NCBI RefSeq assembly: GCF_006345805.1
Contig: NW_021833681.1
Location: 1 to 56,961 of the forward strand
Source: Octopus sinensis
Lineage: Eukaryota
Reading direction: 5' to 3'
Length of the DNA stretch: 56,961 bases
Below the pieces are notes generated by a model. That model was not told the origin of the DNA, did not search any database, and was given only the letters and a program-made list of their open reading frames with translations. Below are positions 1 through 12,604 of this stretch, in pieces; positions within the stretch are counted from its first letter, which is position 1; the number at the start of each line of letters is the position of its first letter. The position numbers were made by a program, and so were the translations under genes.

Positions 1-149
1 AGCCTTCTGTGACTCAATGCTTAATGTATTTAGAAAGATGACAAGCTGGGAGAAATGCATTAAATAACATACAAAGTTATTTTAATTTAATAGTGTTTCG
101 ATTGCGTAAACCTGTTACAAACACACACACATCTCTATATCTGTCTAAT

Positions 150-185
150 TATGTATGTATGTATGTATGTATGTATGTATGTATG

Positions 186-232
<47 letters not shown>

Positions 233-366
233 GTACCTCTGTATTTGTCTGCATGTCTGCTTTTCTGCCCATCTGTCTGCTTGCTTATCTGTCTGTTTGC
301 TTCTCTCTCTCTCTCTCTCTCTCTGTCTATCTATCTAGCTGTCCGTCCTTCTGTCTCCCTGTCCTA

Positions 367-430
<64 letters not shown>

Positions 431-496
431 AGTCAGTCTTTCTGTGTGTCTCTTTCTCTCTCTCCCTCTCTATCTATCTTTCTATACGTCCTTCTG

Positions 497-551
<55 letters not shown>

Positions 552-720
552 GTCTGTCTGTCTGTCTGTCTGTCTGCCCGTCTATCTGCCTCTCTGTTTA
601 TTTATCTATCTCTGTCTGTATGTATATATGTCTAATTGTTTATCTATTAATGTGTCTATATATATCTGTATAACTGTCCTTGTCTCTCTCTCTCTATCGA
701 TTTATCCATCTAATTGTGTA
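150..720. repeat. Compound (ATGT)n/(ATCT)n/(CT)n microsatellite
   Basis: Direct reading; it explains the YLSI/MYVC ORFs in the track. Confidence 0.95.
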
Positions 721-1362
721 TGCATGTGTGTGTGTTTAAGTTTATATGCTTATATATGAGTGTGTGTGTGTGTTTGGGTGTGTGCATATATAATTAAATC
801 TAGTTTTGAACACTTGAACAGTAGAGGACATAAATTTGAGACGTGAATGATTCAATGAGTATTTACTCATAGTTTTCCAACAACGTTTTTATTCATTTTA
901 CTTTCTCGCCGTATCTGGTTTCCTGTGTCTTACATACACAATGCCATCCTTAAAAGTACACCGAGGTTAATACAGTGTAAAAACAACACGAAGGAAGAAA
1001 GGAAGAGATTAAACGAAATGATGAAAAGAAGATGTATAGAGCTGGCCCAGAAATACCAAGTCTGATGTATTTTTTTTTAGTAAAAAGAAACCATAACATA
1101 AAAAATATTTATTTCAAGATAATAGAAAAGACAAACGAACGGACTTCAGGCTGACATGTATTTTATTAAGCATTTTTTTTTATGGAAACATGTGCAGCTA
1201 ACTTTAGTAGTGTTCAAAGCAGCATGTAGCTGTTTCTCTTGTCTTGTGAAGTATACACAGGTATAAATGACAGCATAGTGATAATAATAGATAGATTGAT
1301 TGATAGATAGATTGATAGATAGATAATATGAATGACAGAAATAAATTAGTTTAAAAGTTTAC

Positions 1363-1531
1363 CTATTCTGTTTGTACAAGTGGCTATAAATGATGGCATC
1401 ATTGTACAGCCGAACAATTCCCTGTTACTGGAAACTACCATGCACCTATAAGATAACAAGGAGGTTGCCTCACAGACATTCCACCAAATGGAAATGGCAG
1501 CAAACAATTTAATCAAATCTCATGTTACCGC
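1363..1531 (-). other. Candidate internal exon (169 nt), UTR/non-coding or start-containing
   Basis: Minus-strand acceptor ttttaattttacttttctttttcgcag|G and donor AATAG|gtaaac. All three frames contain an early stop; only MVVSSNRELFGC.. stays open to the donor. Confidence 0.35.
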
Positions 1532-1589
1532 CTGCGAAAAAGAAAAGTAAAATTAAAAGAAAAAACTTGAAAAATTTTGACACAAGGTC

Positions 1590-1765
1590 AGCAGGTTAGG
1601 GACTGGAAGTAAATCGATTACATCGATCCCAGTTCGCGGCTGGTACTTATCTTATCGACTCCCCAAAAGAATGAAAAGGAACGTAATTTGAACTTAGAAT
1701 GTAAAGACAAACGAAATGTTGCTAAGAATTTTGTCCGGCGTGGTAACGACTTTGCCAACTTACCA
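1590..1765 (-). mobile_element. tRNA-derived SINE family A, degenerate
   Basis: Reverse complement of the family core (gttctgagttcaaatt..ctttcatcctttcggggtcgataa..gtaccag) seen in more than 10 places in the window. Confidence 0.7.
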
Positions 1766-1951
1766 AATAAGGGAAAGGGTATGTTAAATAAGGTATGCCT
1801 GGAATTGATCCCTTGTCTGCTTAGTATTGTGGCCATCGAGAGTTATCAATGCCTCGACCCTCAACACCTGTTCGACAAGTGGTCAGTGCTTGCACTTTAA
1901 AGACAAGACATATACTTCCAATAGTGATATGGTGCTGATATAATGTGTTGA

Positions 1952-1969
1952 AGATGATGATGATGATGT

Positions 1970-2006
<37 letters not shown>

Positions 2007-2850
2007 AATGATGCGGACGATGATGATGATGATACTGATGATGATGATGATGATGACGATGGTGATGGTGGTGATGATGATGATGGTGTTGATGGTGGTG
2101 ATGGTAGTGATGGTGGTGGTGGTGATGATGATAATGATGGTGGTGGTGATAGTGTTGGTGATAGTGTTGGTGATGATGATGAATATGATGATGGTGATAA
2201 GTGGTGATGGTGGTGGTGGTGATGATGACGCTGATGGTGATAGTCGTGGTGTGGTGGTGGTGATGATGATTATGATGATGATAGTGATGATGTTGGTGAT
2301 TATAATGATGTTGATGATGATGAAGATGATAGTCGTGGTGGTGATGATGATGGTGATGATGATGATGCATCATTGTCACGAACGCGATGTTGGCAATGGT
2401 GATGCTGATTTTAATAATTATGATGCAATGGTACTAGTAGCGATGGCGATAATCGTGGTAATGGTATTGATGATGATGACGATGACGATGCCGATGATCA
2501 TGATGATGACGATGATGATGATAATGATGATCATGGCGACGATGTTGATGATGATGACGATGACGATGACGATGACGATGATGATGATGACGATGATGAT
2601 GATGATAATGATGATCATGGCGACGACGACGATGATGATGATGGTGATGGGGATGACGATGGTGAAGATGGTGATGATGATGATGACGGCGATTATGACG
2701 ATGATACGATGATGATGATGATGATGACGATGATGATGATGATGGCGACGACGACGACGATGATGATGATGATGACGATGGCGTCGACGATGATGATAAT
2801 GATGATGATGATGATGACGACGACGATGATGATAGTGATGATGATGATGA
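1952..2850. repeat. Degenerate (GAT)n/(GGT)n/(GAC)n trinucleotide tract
   Basis: Direct reading; source of the poly-His and poly-Met ORFs. Confidence 0.95.
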
Positions 2851-3177
2851 CCAGCATATTGTAAATGTTTAAATCGCCCCAGAAGATAATAGATGAAGAG
2901 GCTTAGAAAGAAGCGGAGGTGATGAAGAAGAAACATGTAGCGCCGAGTGGTTGTCTTAATGGCATTGGCGGGTGGTCCTGGCGGCGGTGGCGGTGTTGTT
3001 GGTGATGGTGGTGTTAGAAGGGATACTATTCTTCTTCTTCTTCTTCTTCTTCTTCTTCTTCTTCTTCTTCTTCTTCTTCTTCTTCTTCTTCTTCTTCTTC
3101 TTCTTCTTCTTCTTCTTCTTTTTCTTTTCCTTCATCTTCTTATAGTGGTCAAGGTAATGTTATTGATGATGATGATG

Positions 3178-3249
<72 letters not shown>

Positions 3250-3251
<2 letters not shown>

Positions 3252-3806
3252 GCCCTGATGGCAGTACCCAGCAGTGGCTCTCATGGCTTCTGATCTTAAC
3301 TGATTGGAAGTGTTATCATGTACATTGTTTTGTCTTGGTATAAAAGATGGGCTACAGCAAATATTCTGCTCAATACCACAGATTTGCTTGTCAGTTGTTT
3401 GACCTTAACCAGTTGAGCATGTCCCTTAGTGGCTGACGATATATGCATCTCTGATCACGAGCAGAAGTAGTGGGGGAGCATCATAGCCATGTGTTGAGAA
3501 GGATTCTTTGGGGTTTGAATAATTCACCTCTGGAAACATAGGTGTTTCGTTCAACGTCCTTAAACAACCCTTATTCAGGGACCTTTTGAGCGGGATGGGT
3601 TACTCGATCTGAATAAAATTCTAACTAGGCTCCACCTGCAAGGTCATGTGCTGTTTATCTTGATATGAGATCACCATGTCGCGCACATATGGTTGTGATG
3701 CATGTGCCTGGTGTACCTTTATCAGACGGGTAGTCATGATGGGTATACTGGGCTTCGTATATTTTACCCCAGTGTCACTTTGATGGCATGCTCTGCTCTC
3801 TCACTC
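3250..3806 (+). mobile_element. ~557 bp non-coding element flanked by (TAA)n, copy 1
   Basis: Colinear with 15691-16247, with the same start (aaatgc[c/t]ctgatg) and end (cactc); (TAA)n on both sides. Strand is inferred from the TAA tail. Confidence 0.8.
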
Positions 3807-3850
<44 letters not shown>

Positions 3851-4189
3851 CAATAATAATAATGACAATCATGATGATAATAATAATAATAATAATAATG
3901 ATGATGATGATGATGATGATAATGATGATGATGATTATGTTTATGCTGGTCATTTTGATGGTGGTGATTATTATTTTATTGTTGTTGATTATGATGATGA
4001 CGATAACGATAATGATGATGATGATGATGATGCAGTGCTGCAGCTGCTGCTGATATTGATAGTAGTCATGATGATGACGATAATGCTCCTGCTGCTGCTG
4101 ATGATGAGTATAACGATTATTATACTTGTTCTTGCTATTATTATTAATATTGATACTATTGCTTTGTTTCATTATTAATATTATTATTA

Positions 4190-4465
4190 CCGCAATAATA
4201 ATTCTCTAAATGAGATATAGACAGTGACTGCTCCGTAATATAAGGGATATTAGCCAACCGAATATGGCTAGGGACAGGGCAGGGTGGTGGGGGTGTCACT
4301 GTTGCATTTAGCCCCAGGCGAACATCAACGTCACCAGATAGGCCTGACGCCATCACGGCGTCCTTTATCTTGCAAAGGGAGATCACTCACCAAGAAGCCG
4401 ACACCACACACGGACCTAGGTTTCAAGGTGTATTGCCTATTATCAACGTGTGGTAGGCATCATCC

Positions 4466-4466
<1 letters not shown>
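4190..4466. repeat. Unclassified interspersed repeat related to 24855-25100
   Basis: Shares blocks cact/tactgt..tagccccagg, ttgcaaaggga and acacacggacc, in the same order, with 24948-25077. Confidence 0.5.
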
Positions 4467-4536
<70 letters not shown>

Positions 4537-4662
4537 CCTCCCCCTCCTCCTCATCATCTTCATCATCATTATTGCTGTTATTAATGTTATCATCATTATT
4601 ATCAGATTCGTCATCATTATCATTATCATCATCATCCATCATCATTATCATCATCATCGTCG

Positions 4663-4706
<44 letters not shown>

Positions 4707-4833
4707 GTCATCATCATCATCATCATCATCATCTACATTATTGTTCTTGTTATTCTTGATGTTTTATTTGTTGCTGTTGTTTTTGGTGTTGTTTTTGTTT
4801 TTGTCGTTATCATCATCATCAGCGGCAGCATCG

Positions 4834-4888
<55 letters not shown>

Positions 4889-5754
4889 CGTTATTAATAT
4901 TATTATTACTATTATGAAAGCGGTGGCGACGTAGGCAGTAATGTGGCAGAGATAAGTATGTTAATGGTTAAAGCGATAAGAAACGAAGCCGAAATGTATG
5001 ACAACATAAAATATATGACATTATAAAATACATACGTCATTAATACAGCGTGGCTGCACAGGCGAGATTACATCAATCACAAACACACACACACACACAC
5101 ACATAGTGATAACGATATAATCACTGCAACATATGTTGTATCATTTGATATCGTTATGCAGTCTTACTGACACAGAAGTCAGAACAGAATGATTTCTTAA
5201 ATGCGTTGTTTTCATCGTTATGCAACGCCTGACTGGTCAATGCTGATCGTTTAGATCTGTGATCAACGACGTTCGGCCCGTGACCATCCATCCGTTATCA
5301 TAAATGTAAAGAAATCGCAACCATATTCTTCCATTTCGTCTTCGCTAACGCGGTGAAGTGGGATTGGATTTGAGAGAGATTTGGCTGCTATTTTGAGCAG
5401 GTCAAGACATCATAAACAAGCTCCTGTTAAATTTGCTGCGTGTTAATGTGTGTCCATGTGTGTGTGTGTGTTTGGTGGATTAGTTTTTATCTTTTTATTG
5501 TTGCATTTGTTCATATCGATGATGAGGATGATGATGATGATGATGATGAGGATGGTGATGATGATGATGGTGATGATGATGATGATGATGTTGATACTGC
5601 TGCTATTTTCTTAGAATTGTTTGCGTCGTTGTTGCTTTGTTGTTTTTGTTGTGGTTACATTACTCAAAGGTAACCAATACTGTGAAACAACACAAGCACT
5701 GACTATATATTGTAGCTTTGATCACTGAAACCCTTGGTAAATTGTATTTCGGCT

Positions 5755-6640
5755 GTGATGTCAAAGATCAATGATCAAAGATTTTTCAGCTGTGATCAAC
5801 GAGAGCAATAGTTAAATACATGTTGCAGTCTTGAACTAAGGAATCAATGATCAAAGATATTTAATCTCTGATTAAAATTCTTCAGCTCAAGATACCTACA
5901 TTCAAAGATCGCACAACTTTGATCAAAGATCGTTCACTTCTTACCAAAGAACTATGAACAAAACTTCTTTCTCTAATTAAATGTGTCCAAATCTGAGATC
6001 CCTTCAATCAGAGATCTCTAAGCTCTGATCAAAGATCTTTCAGGTTTGATCAAAGATCATTAATCGCAGATCAAAGATAGTTGAAGACTGATCATTTATC
6101 TCAGATCAAAGATATTTGAGGGCTGATCAAAGATCTTTCCGCTCTGATCAAGGATCATTGAGACCTGATCTTTCAGATATATCAGTTCTTTTCCGAGACC
6201 TCAGACCAGAGATTTTGACCTCTGATCAAAGATGTCTATGATAAAAAATACTCCCGGTTTTAATCAAAGCGGCCAATTATCAAAGATTGTTTTAGTCCTG
6301 ATCAAAGTGTCTTTTCGTTTATACTTTTATTCTTCTACTTGTTTCGTTTATTTGACTGTGGACAACTCCGATGAAAGAGATCTATGATCAAAAAATTTTA
6401 GGCCCAGGTAAAATAGATCAATGATGGAAGATTTCTCAACACGCTTCAAAGAAATTTATTATCAAAAATGTTGAAACCCTGATAAAAAAAACAACAAAAA
6501 CTTAAGATCAAAAGTTATTCAGTCCTGATCAAAGAGGCCTATGATAAAAGACATTCCATCATTAAAACAAAAAACCTTGGATCAACTTGGTCCTGATCCA
6601 AACGCTTATAATCAAAGGAAATTTAGCTCTGACCAAGGAT
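5755..6640 (+). promoter_or_regulatory. Homotypic array of GATCAAAG (TCF/LEF-like) motifs, ~21 bp period
   Basis: 11 exact GATCAAAG (5773, 5849, 5921, 6027, 6048, 6069, 6104, 6125, 6224, 6300, 6527) plus many 1-2 mismatch copies in the same orientation. All six frames are closed in the 6001-6180 core. The array is certain; its function is inferred. Confidence 0.5.
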
Positions 6641-7161
6641 GAGCCTGAAACTGGTCACATAATCTAATAAGAATACTAGTACAAAATCACAACGTTAAAT
6701 CACAACATACTCTTTAAAGGAAGAAAGAACAAATTTCATAATATGTGGTTGTGTGGCTGTGTGTTACACACATATACACGCACGCACACTCGCACACACA
6801 TGTAATTTATTGTACACAATATACACTTAGAGTTTCATGAATTGGGTATGTAGTGTACGCAAGTTTTTATTCAGCAGAAATCTTGATCAGAAATTCTCAT
6901 CAAGTGCAAACATATGGACAAATTTCTCCTGCCAAATTGGAGGACACCACCCTCTCTTGATTGACTAACAGTATCGCAGAATTTAGACTTTTCTTCATTC
7001 ATTCATTCTAGACTTGTTATAACTTTACGGTCAAACGGAACTCTATTTTTCTTTTTCTTTTACTTTTCAATTTCTTTCATCCTTCCATATTTTGTGCCCA
7101 ATTTCGCATTTATTTTTCGTGATTTCTTTTGTTCTAATGTCTCTTTTTCTAAGGTGTATAG

Positions 7162-7259
7162 GACATGTGCTTTGAACCTCAAGATTGCTTGAAAATACAA
7201 AGCGTGTTGTTAAAATTGGCCTGGAATACATCTCCAGGGCATGAAACTATTAGCACCTC
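7162..7259 (+). other. Candidate coding exon (DMCFEPQDCLKIQSVLLKLAWNTSPGHETIST)
   Basis: Long upstream pyrimidine tract, acceptor tatag|GAC (or ctaag|G at 7154), donor CTC|gtaagt, and one open frame. No homology recognised. Confidence 0.25.
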
Positions 7260-7333
7260 GTAAGTGTATACTGTGTACATTATATAATATTCACAGAGTA
7301 ATGTTTTTATTTTTGAACTTTGGCGTATATTAA

Positions 7334-7384
<51 letters not shown>

Positions 7385-7644
7385 TAATAAATAATAATAA
7401 TATGAGGAGGGGTGAGACGAAAATTTTAATATTTCCGTAGAGGTTACAGTTGTTTCGTAATCTACTCAGTGTTACATCATCAAATACAATGCAGAAATAT
7501 ATATCCATATATAGACACAGAGATAGGCAAACACACATGCACGCACACACGTACGCAGGTACGCACGCACACACACACAAACGCATGTATATGTACATAT
7601 ACACAACATATTAATTCCCTCATACTATGTTATGCATAAGAAAG

Positions 7645-7684
<40 letters not shown>

Positions 7685-7829
7685 GGATTATTATTATTAT
7701 TATTATTGCTATTATTGTTTGTATTATTGTTATTATTATATTAATATTATATATTTATTATCATTATTATTATTATTATATTATTATTATTTATTATCAT
7801 TTCATTATTATTATATATTATTATTATTA

Positions 7830-7873
<44 letters not shown>

Positions 7874-8433
7874 TATTATTATTATTATATATTATTCAGA
7901 ACGTATTCTGGACAAAATTGGAAAAAAACAAACAGTAATTAATTAAAACAAGCGGAATAACTATGGACGTCAAGTGGAAACAAAACTGAATGAGGAAACA
8001 ATTGGCGTTATATATTAAAATTTCAAAAAACAGTTGATAGGGAACAGGGACCGAAATATTCCTCAAGTGTAAGGGCACGTGTATGCTTCAAGAGTTGGGC
8101 GAGCGAGCGAATAACTATTATCGTCAGACTTTCAGACAACGAAAACTATAAGTGGTCGAATATTCGTGCATGGATTTACACACAAGACGTTCAGACGGCA
8201 GTTACGTGTGGAGTGATCAAGTATGTTGGAACGCGCACGGATTGACGTTGATGATGTAACTTTGACGGAATTATGAAACAGCTGTAACCACTAGGGAAAC
8301 ATCGAAACTCTTTGTGTCTCACTTTTCCTTGTTGTTTTTGCAAATATATATCTATATTTACACACACGCACACACGCACACAAACACTCACACATAGATA
8401 TTCGTGTACATCCATCAATTTATCCATCCATTC

Positions 8434-8503
<70 letters not shown>

Positions 8504-8959
8504 AATATATATATATATATATATATATAAACTGTTCCTATCATGCACCAGCAATTAAATAGCAGATATTTTCGAACCTTTAACCTCGAACCAGACACCA
8601 AAAACCGGCATAAGATTAACTACAACCTATAGTAAAAAAAAATGTCGCTCTATATCATTATATTATTATTTTATTATTATTATTTATTATTATTTTATTA
8701 TTATTATTATTATTATTATTCTTATTATTATTACTATTATTATTATTATTCTTATTATTATTATTATTATTATTATTATATTATTAGTATTATTTTATTT
8801 TATTTTCTGGAGCATTTTTTATATTAAGAACAAAAAAAAAAGAAATAAAGTTATAAAATAGGAAAAAATAAATAAATGGATAATAACTGTCATGATTAAA
8901 TGTAAATAATATCAAAAATAGATAGTGGAAACTTTGAAGGAAAGAAAACGGCAGACATT

Positions 8960-10400
8960 GTTTCTCTCAGTCGTTCTGTTCTCTCTTCCTGTTCTTATTC
9001 TGTCCAACTCTCTTTCGTACTCTCTCCCTGCTTCTCTTTCTTTTTCTCTCCCCCACTCTACCTTTCTCTCTTTCTAGCAACATTGTCCTCATTTTCTCAC
9101 TCTCGTTCTAACGCTTTCTTTCATTTTTTAAAACTATATTTTCCCCCTCTCCATCTCTTTCCTTGCCAAGTCTGTCGTTCTCTGGTTCTTTCTTAACCCA
9201 TATATTCATAGAAGCATACACAAATACACACTCACACATATGTTACTCTTTTGTACTTTACGTCCCTCTCAATTTCCCACTCTCTCTAATTCACACTCTA
9301 ATTCACTCTTCTTACCCTGTGTCTCTCATATTTCCTTTCTTCCTTGTTCCTTTTCAATCTCTCCATCTTTCACTGCCTCTTCTTCTCTCCTACTTTGTCT
9401 CTTGCACCATGTTTCGACACTCATCTCTCTCTCTCTCTTTCTCTATCTCTCACTCTCTTACTCTCCTTCACTCGACCATGTCCCCTGCCACTCCTGCTTG
9501 CTTCTCCTCTCTCTTTCGCTCTTTTAATTTTCTCTATAGCTCTCTTTCACACTCAGTCTATTTCTTACTCAATCTCTCTCTCTCTCTCTCACTTCCTCAT
9601 TCTTTCGTTTATTCTCTCCAGTGTTTCATCTTCTCTTTCTCACTCCTTGTCTCTCACTCTCTGACTCACTCACCTCTCTCTTCCTCATTCTGTCTCCCCT
9701 CTTTCTTTCACTCTCTCATGCTCCTTCTCATTCTCTGATTCTCTCTCCCTCGCATTTCTTCTCTCGCTCCCTCTCATTCTTTCTCTCTTTTTCTGTCTGT
9801 CTGTCTCTCCTCTGTTTTTCACTCTCTCATGTTCCTCCTCTTCACTCTCTCATTTTCTCATTCTCTTTTTCCGTCTGTCTGTCTGTCTCTGCCAGTCTCT
9901 CTCTCTCTCTTTCTCATTCTGCTTGTTTCTCTCTCTACACCACATTACAGTACCCTGTATATCATTCTTTATTTCACACTGCACCTCTCTCAGTCTTTGT
10001 TTCCCGTCCATCTCACTCTCTTTTAGAAATCTCTATCTACCTCTCTCAGCCTCTCTGCCCTTCTCTAACGCTGTATGTCTCTCCTACACTTTAAATTCTT
10101 ATTTATTGCTATCTGATTCGCCATCTCTCTCTTTTGCCCCTACTCTCTCTTCCTCTCCACTGATACATCGTTTTCTGTCTAATTCTTCATCTCTCTCACC
10201 CTTTCTTCTAACCCCAATCTACACTTTCTCACACTCCCCGTCTCACACTTTCTCTCTCACGCTCATTATAACATCCTATCTATCATTCTTTTTTCTACGC
10301 TCTAACACCATCAATATTTCTCACTCACATTTACACACTCTCCGGTCTTAACTCCCTTCTCCTCTCCTTTATTTTTTCTTTCTTTATGTGTCTCTCAGAC
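8960..10400 (+). repeat. ~1.4 kb cryptic (CT)-rich polypyrimidine tract
   Basis: Strong C/T bias on the + strand, built from degenerate CT/CTCA/CTTT units. Confidence 0.9.
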
Positions 10401-10789
10401 TCTGTCTCATTCAATATCTCTCTCCAAATAATCATTAATTTAATGTCTTTCACGCAGAAAACAAAAATGAAGTAAAAACTAAAAAACTGAAAACGAAAAT
10501 CTGAATCTACACCCTCCCTACTGTAATAGAATAGACAAAAGGCTTACTGGGGTTTAGAAAGTAATCATTAATGAATACAAACTTGATAATATCGTACTGT
10601 GTTACAATACGTTGCTTTGTTCGACCAAAAACCCAGTAGTCAATAAGAGTGTAAGATGAAAAGCAAGGCTAAAATCTTTTTGTCAAATTTTATGGCATAT
10701 TAAGGAGATTATGAAAAAATAAATAGAAAGGAATATAGAAAAGAAAAAAATGAAATAAGAGTAATAATGATGTCGATAGTAATAGTAAT

Positions 10790-10829
10790 ACTACTACTAC
10801 TGCTGCTAATACTACTACTACTACTACTA

Positions 10830-10873
<44 letters not shown>

Positions 10874-11663
10874 TTACTACTACTAGGGCACTACTAACGT
10901 TAGTAGTAATAGCAAGGACTGTGATATACATATATAATGACGACGACGACAAACGCCAATGACGCCGCTGCCGACGATGGTGATGATGATGTGGATAGTG
11001 ATGACGACGACGACGACGATGCTGCTGCTGCTGATGGTGATGATGACATGATGATGACGATGATTATGATGATGATGATGATGAAGACGATGATGTCGAT
11101 GATGATGACGACGATGTCTAATATCGATGATGATGATGATCACTATGACGACGATGACGTTGATGATAATGTCGATGATGATGGTGATGATGATGATGAT
11201 GGTGATGGGGATAATAGAGATGATGGTGAAGATGATGATGTTGATGATGTCGATGATGATGTCTGGTGTCGATGATGATGATGATGAGAACGACGACGAT
11301 GATGGTGACGATGTCGATGATGATGATGATAATGATGCATGATGTCGATGATGATGATGATGATGAGGATGATGACGTTGGTGATGGTAGTGGCGGTGGT
11401 GATAACGACGATGATGAAGTTGGTGATCGGTTTTACAACGACGACCACAACAACAAACGCAACATCGACAACCACAGAAACAACAACAACAACAACAACA
11501 GCAGCAGAAACAACAACAACAACAACAACATAAACAAAACGCAACCAGAATAATGATAATAATAATTATGATGCTGATGATGAAATTGACGATGACAATG
11601 ATGCTGACAATGTTGATGGTGATGGTGGTGGTGGTGATAATGCCGATGATGATGAGAGCGACG

Positions 11664-11752
<89 letters not shown>

Positions 11753-11755
11753 AAG
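10790..11755. repeat. Compound (CTA)n/(GAT)n/(CAA)n/(TAA)n/(GAA)n microsatellites
   Basis: Direct reading. Confidence 0.95.
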
Positions 11756-12059
11756 CAGAATGCTTTATTCATTCTGCATTATTAACATTATTTTGATATA
11801 TTTTACTATTCTTTATTGATAATACTGTATGTTTTTTTTCTCCTTCCTTCACTTTCCTTTCTTCATCTTTACAATAATGATGATAATAAAATAATATTAA
11901 TAATAGACTGCCATTGATTAAAAATTACAATAACAATAAAAATACTATGAATGAAGTTTATTATTATTATTAATAATAATATTAATAACGCAAGAAAAAA
12001 TACTACGAAAATATACATACATCTACATATACATGCATAAATACATATATTCATACATA

Positions 12060-12093
<34 letters not shown>

Positions 12094-12159
12094 AATATTT
12101 GTATGAATGTGAGTGCGTATATGTGTGTGACTTCGCGCTTGTGTTTGTTCCGTCAACAG

Positions 12160-12420
12160 TTGAAAACCGGTGATGGTTTCCTTACGTTCCTATAACTTAG
12201 TGGTTTGTAGTCTTTTACTCTTTTACTCGTTTCAGGCATTTGAGAAGCGGCCATGCTGGAACACCACCTTTAGTTGAGCAAATCGCACGCAGGACTTATT
12301 CTTTGTAAGCCTAGTACTTATTCTATCTTTTGCCGAACCGCTAAGTTATGGGGACGTAAACACACAAACATCGGTTATCAAGCGATGGTGGAAGGGATCA
12401 AACACAGACACGTAAGCAAA
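12160..12420 (-). mobile_element. tRNA-SINE family B, 3' half
   Basis: Reverse complement of ..gtttacgtcccc..acttagcggttcggcaaaag..gtactaggcttacaaagaataagtcc..ccagcatggccg..tgaaac tail. Confidence 0.75.
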
Positions 12421-12439
12421 CACATACAAATACATATAC

Positions 12440-12600
12440 GTGGCTATGTGGTAAGTAGCTTGCTTACGAACAACATAGTTCCGGGTTCAGTCCCACAGTG
12501 TGGCAACTTGGGCAAGTGTCTTCTACTATAGCCTCAGGCCGACCAAAGCCTTGTCTGGATTTGGTAGACGGAAACTGAAAGAAGCCCGTCGTATATATGT
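12440..12600 (+). mobile_element. tRNA-SINE family B, 5' half (3' half at 13838-13905, split by a LINE)
   Basis: A-box-like tggctatgtggtaag and B-box-like ggttcagtcc, followed by the family body ..ggtagacggaaactgaaagaagcccgtcg. Confidence 0.8.
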
Positions 12601-12604
12601 ATTT

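Noticed and set aside
1897-2936. Long poly-His/Met/Asp ORFs, and similar ORFs throughout the window
   Set aside because: They are translations of trinucleotide and dinucleotide microsatellites, with no domain content.
5755-6640. CRISPR-like repeat/spacer look, or an LIKD heptad coding repeat
   Set aside because: The repeat is only ~9-11 nt and the spacers ~10 nt, the context is eukaryotic with no cas genes, and all six frames are closed in the core.
7994-8256. 87-codon stop-free frame without ATG
   Set aside because: No recognisable homology or splice sites; plausible by chance in 57 kb.
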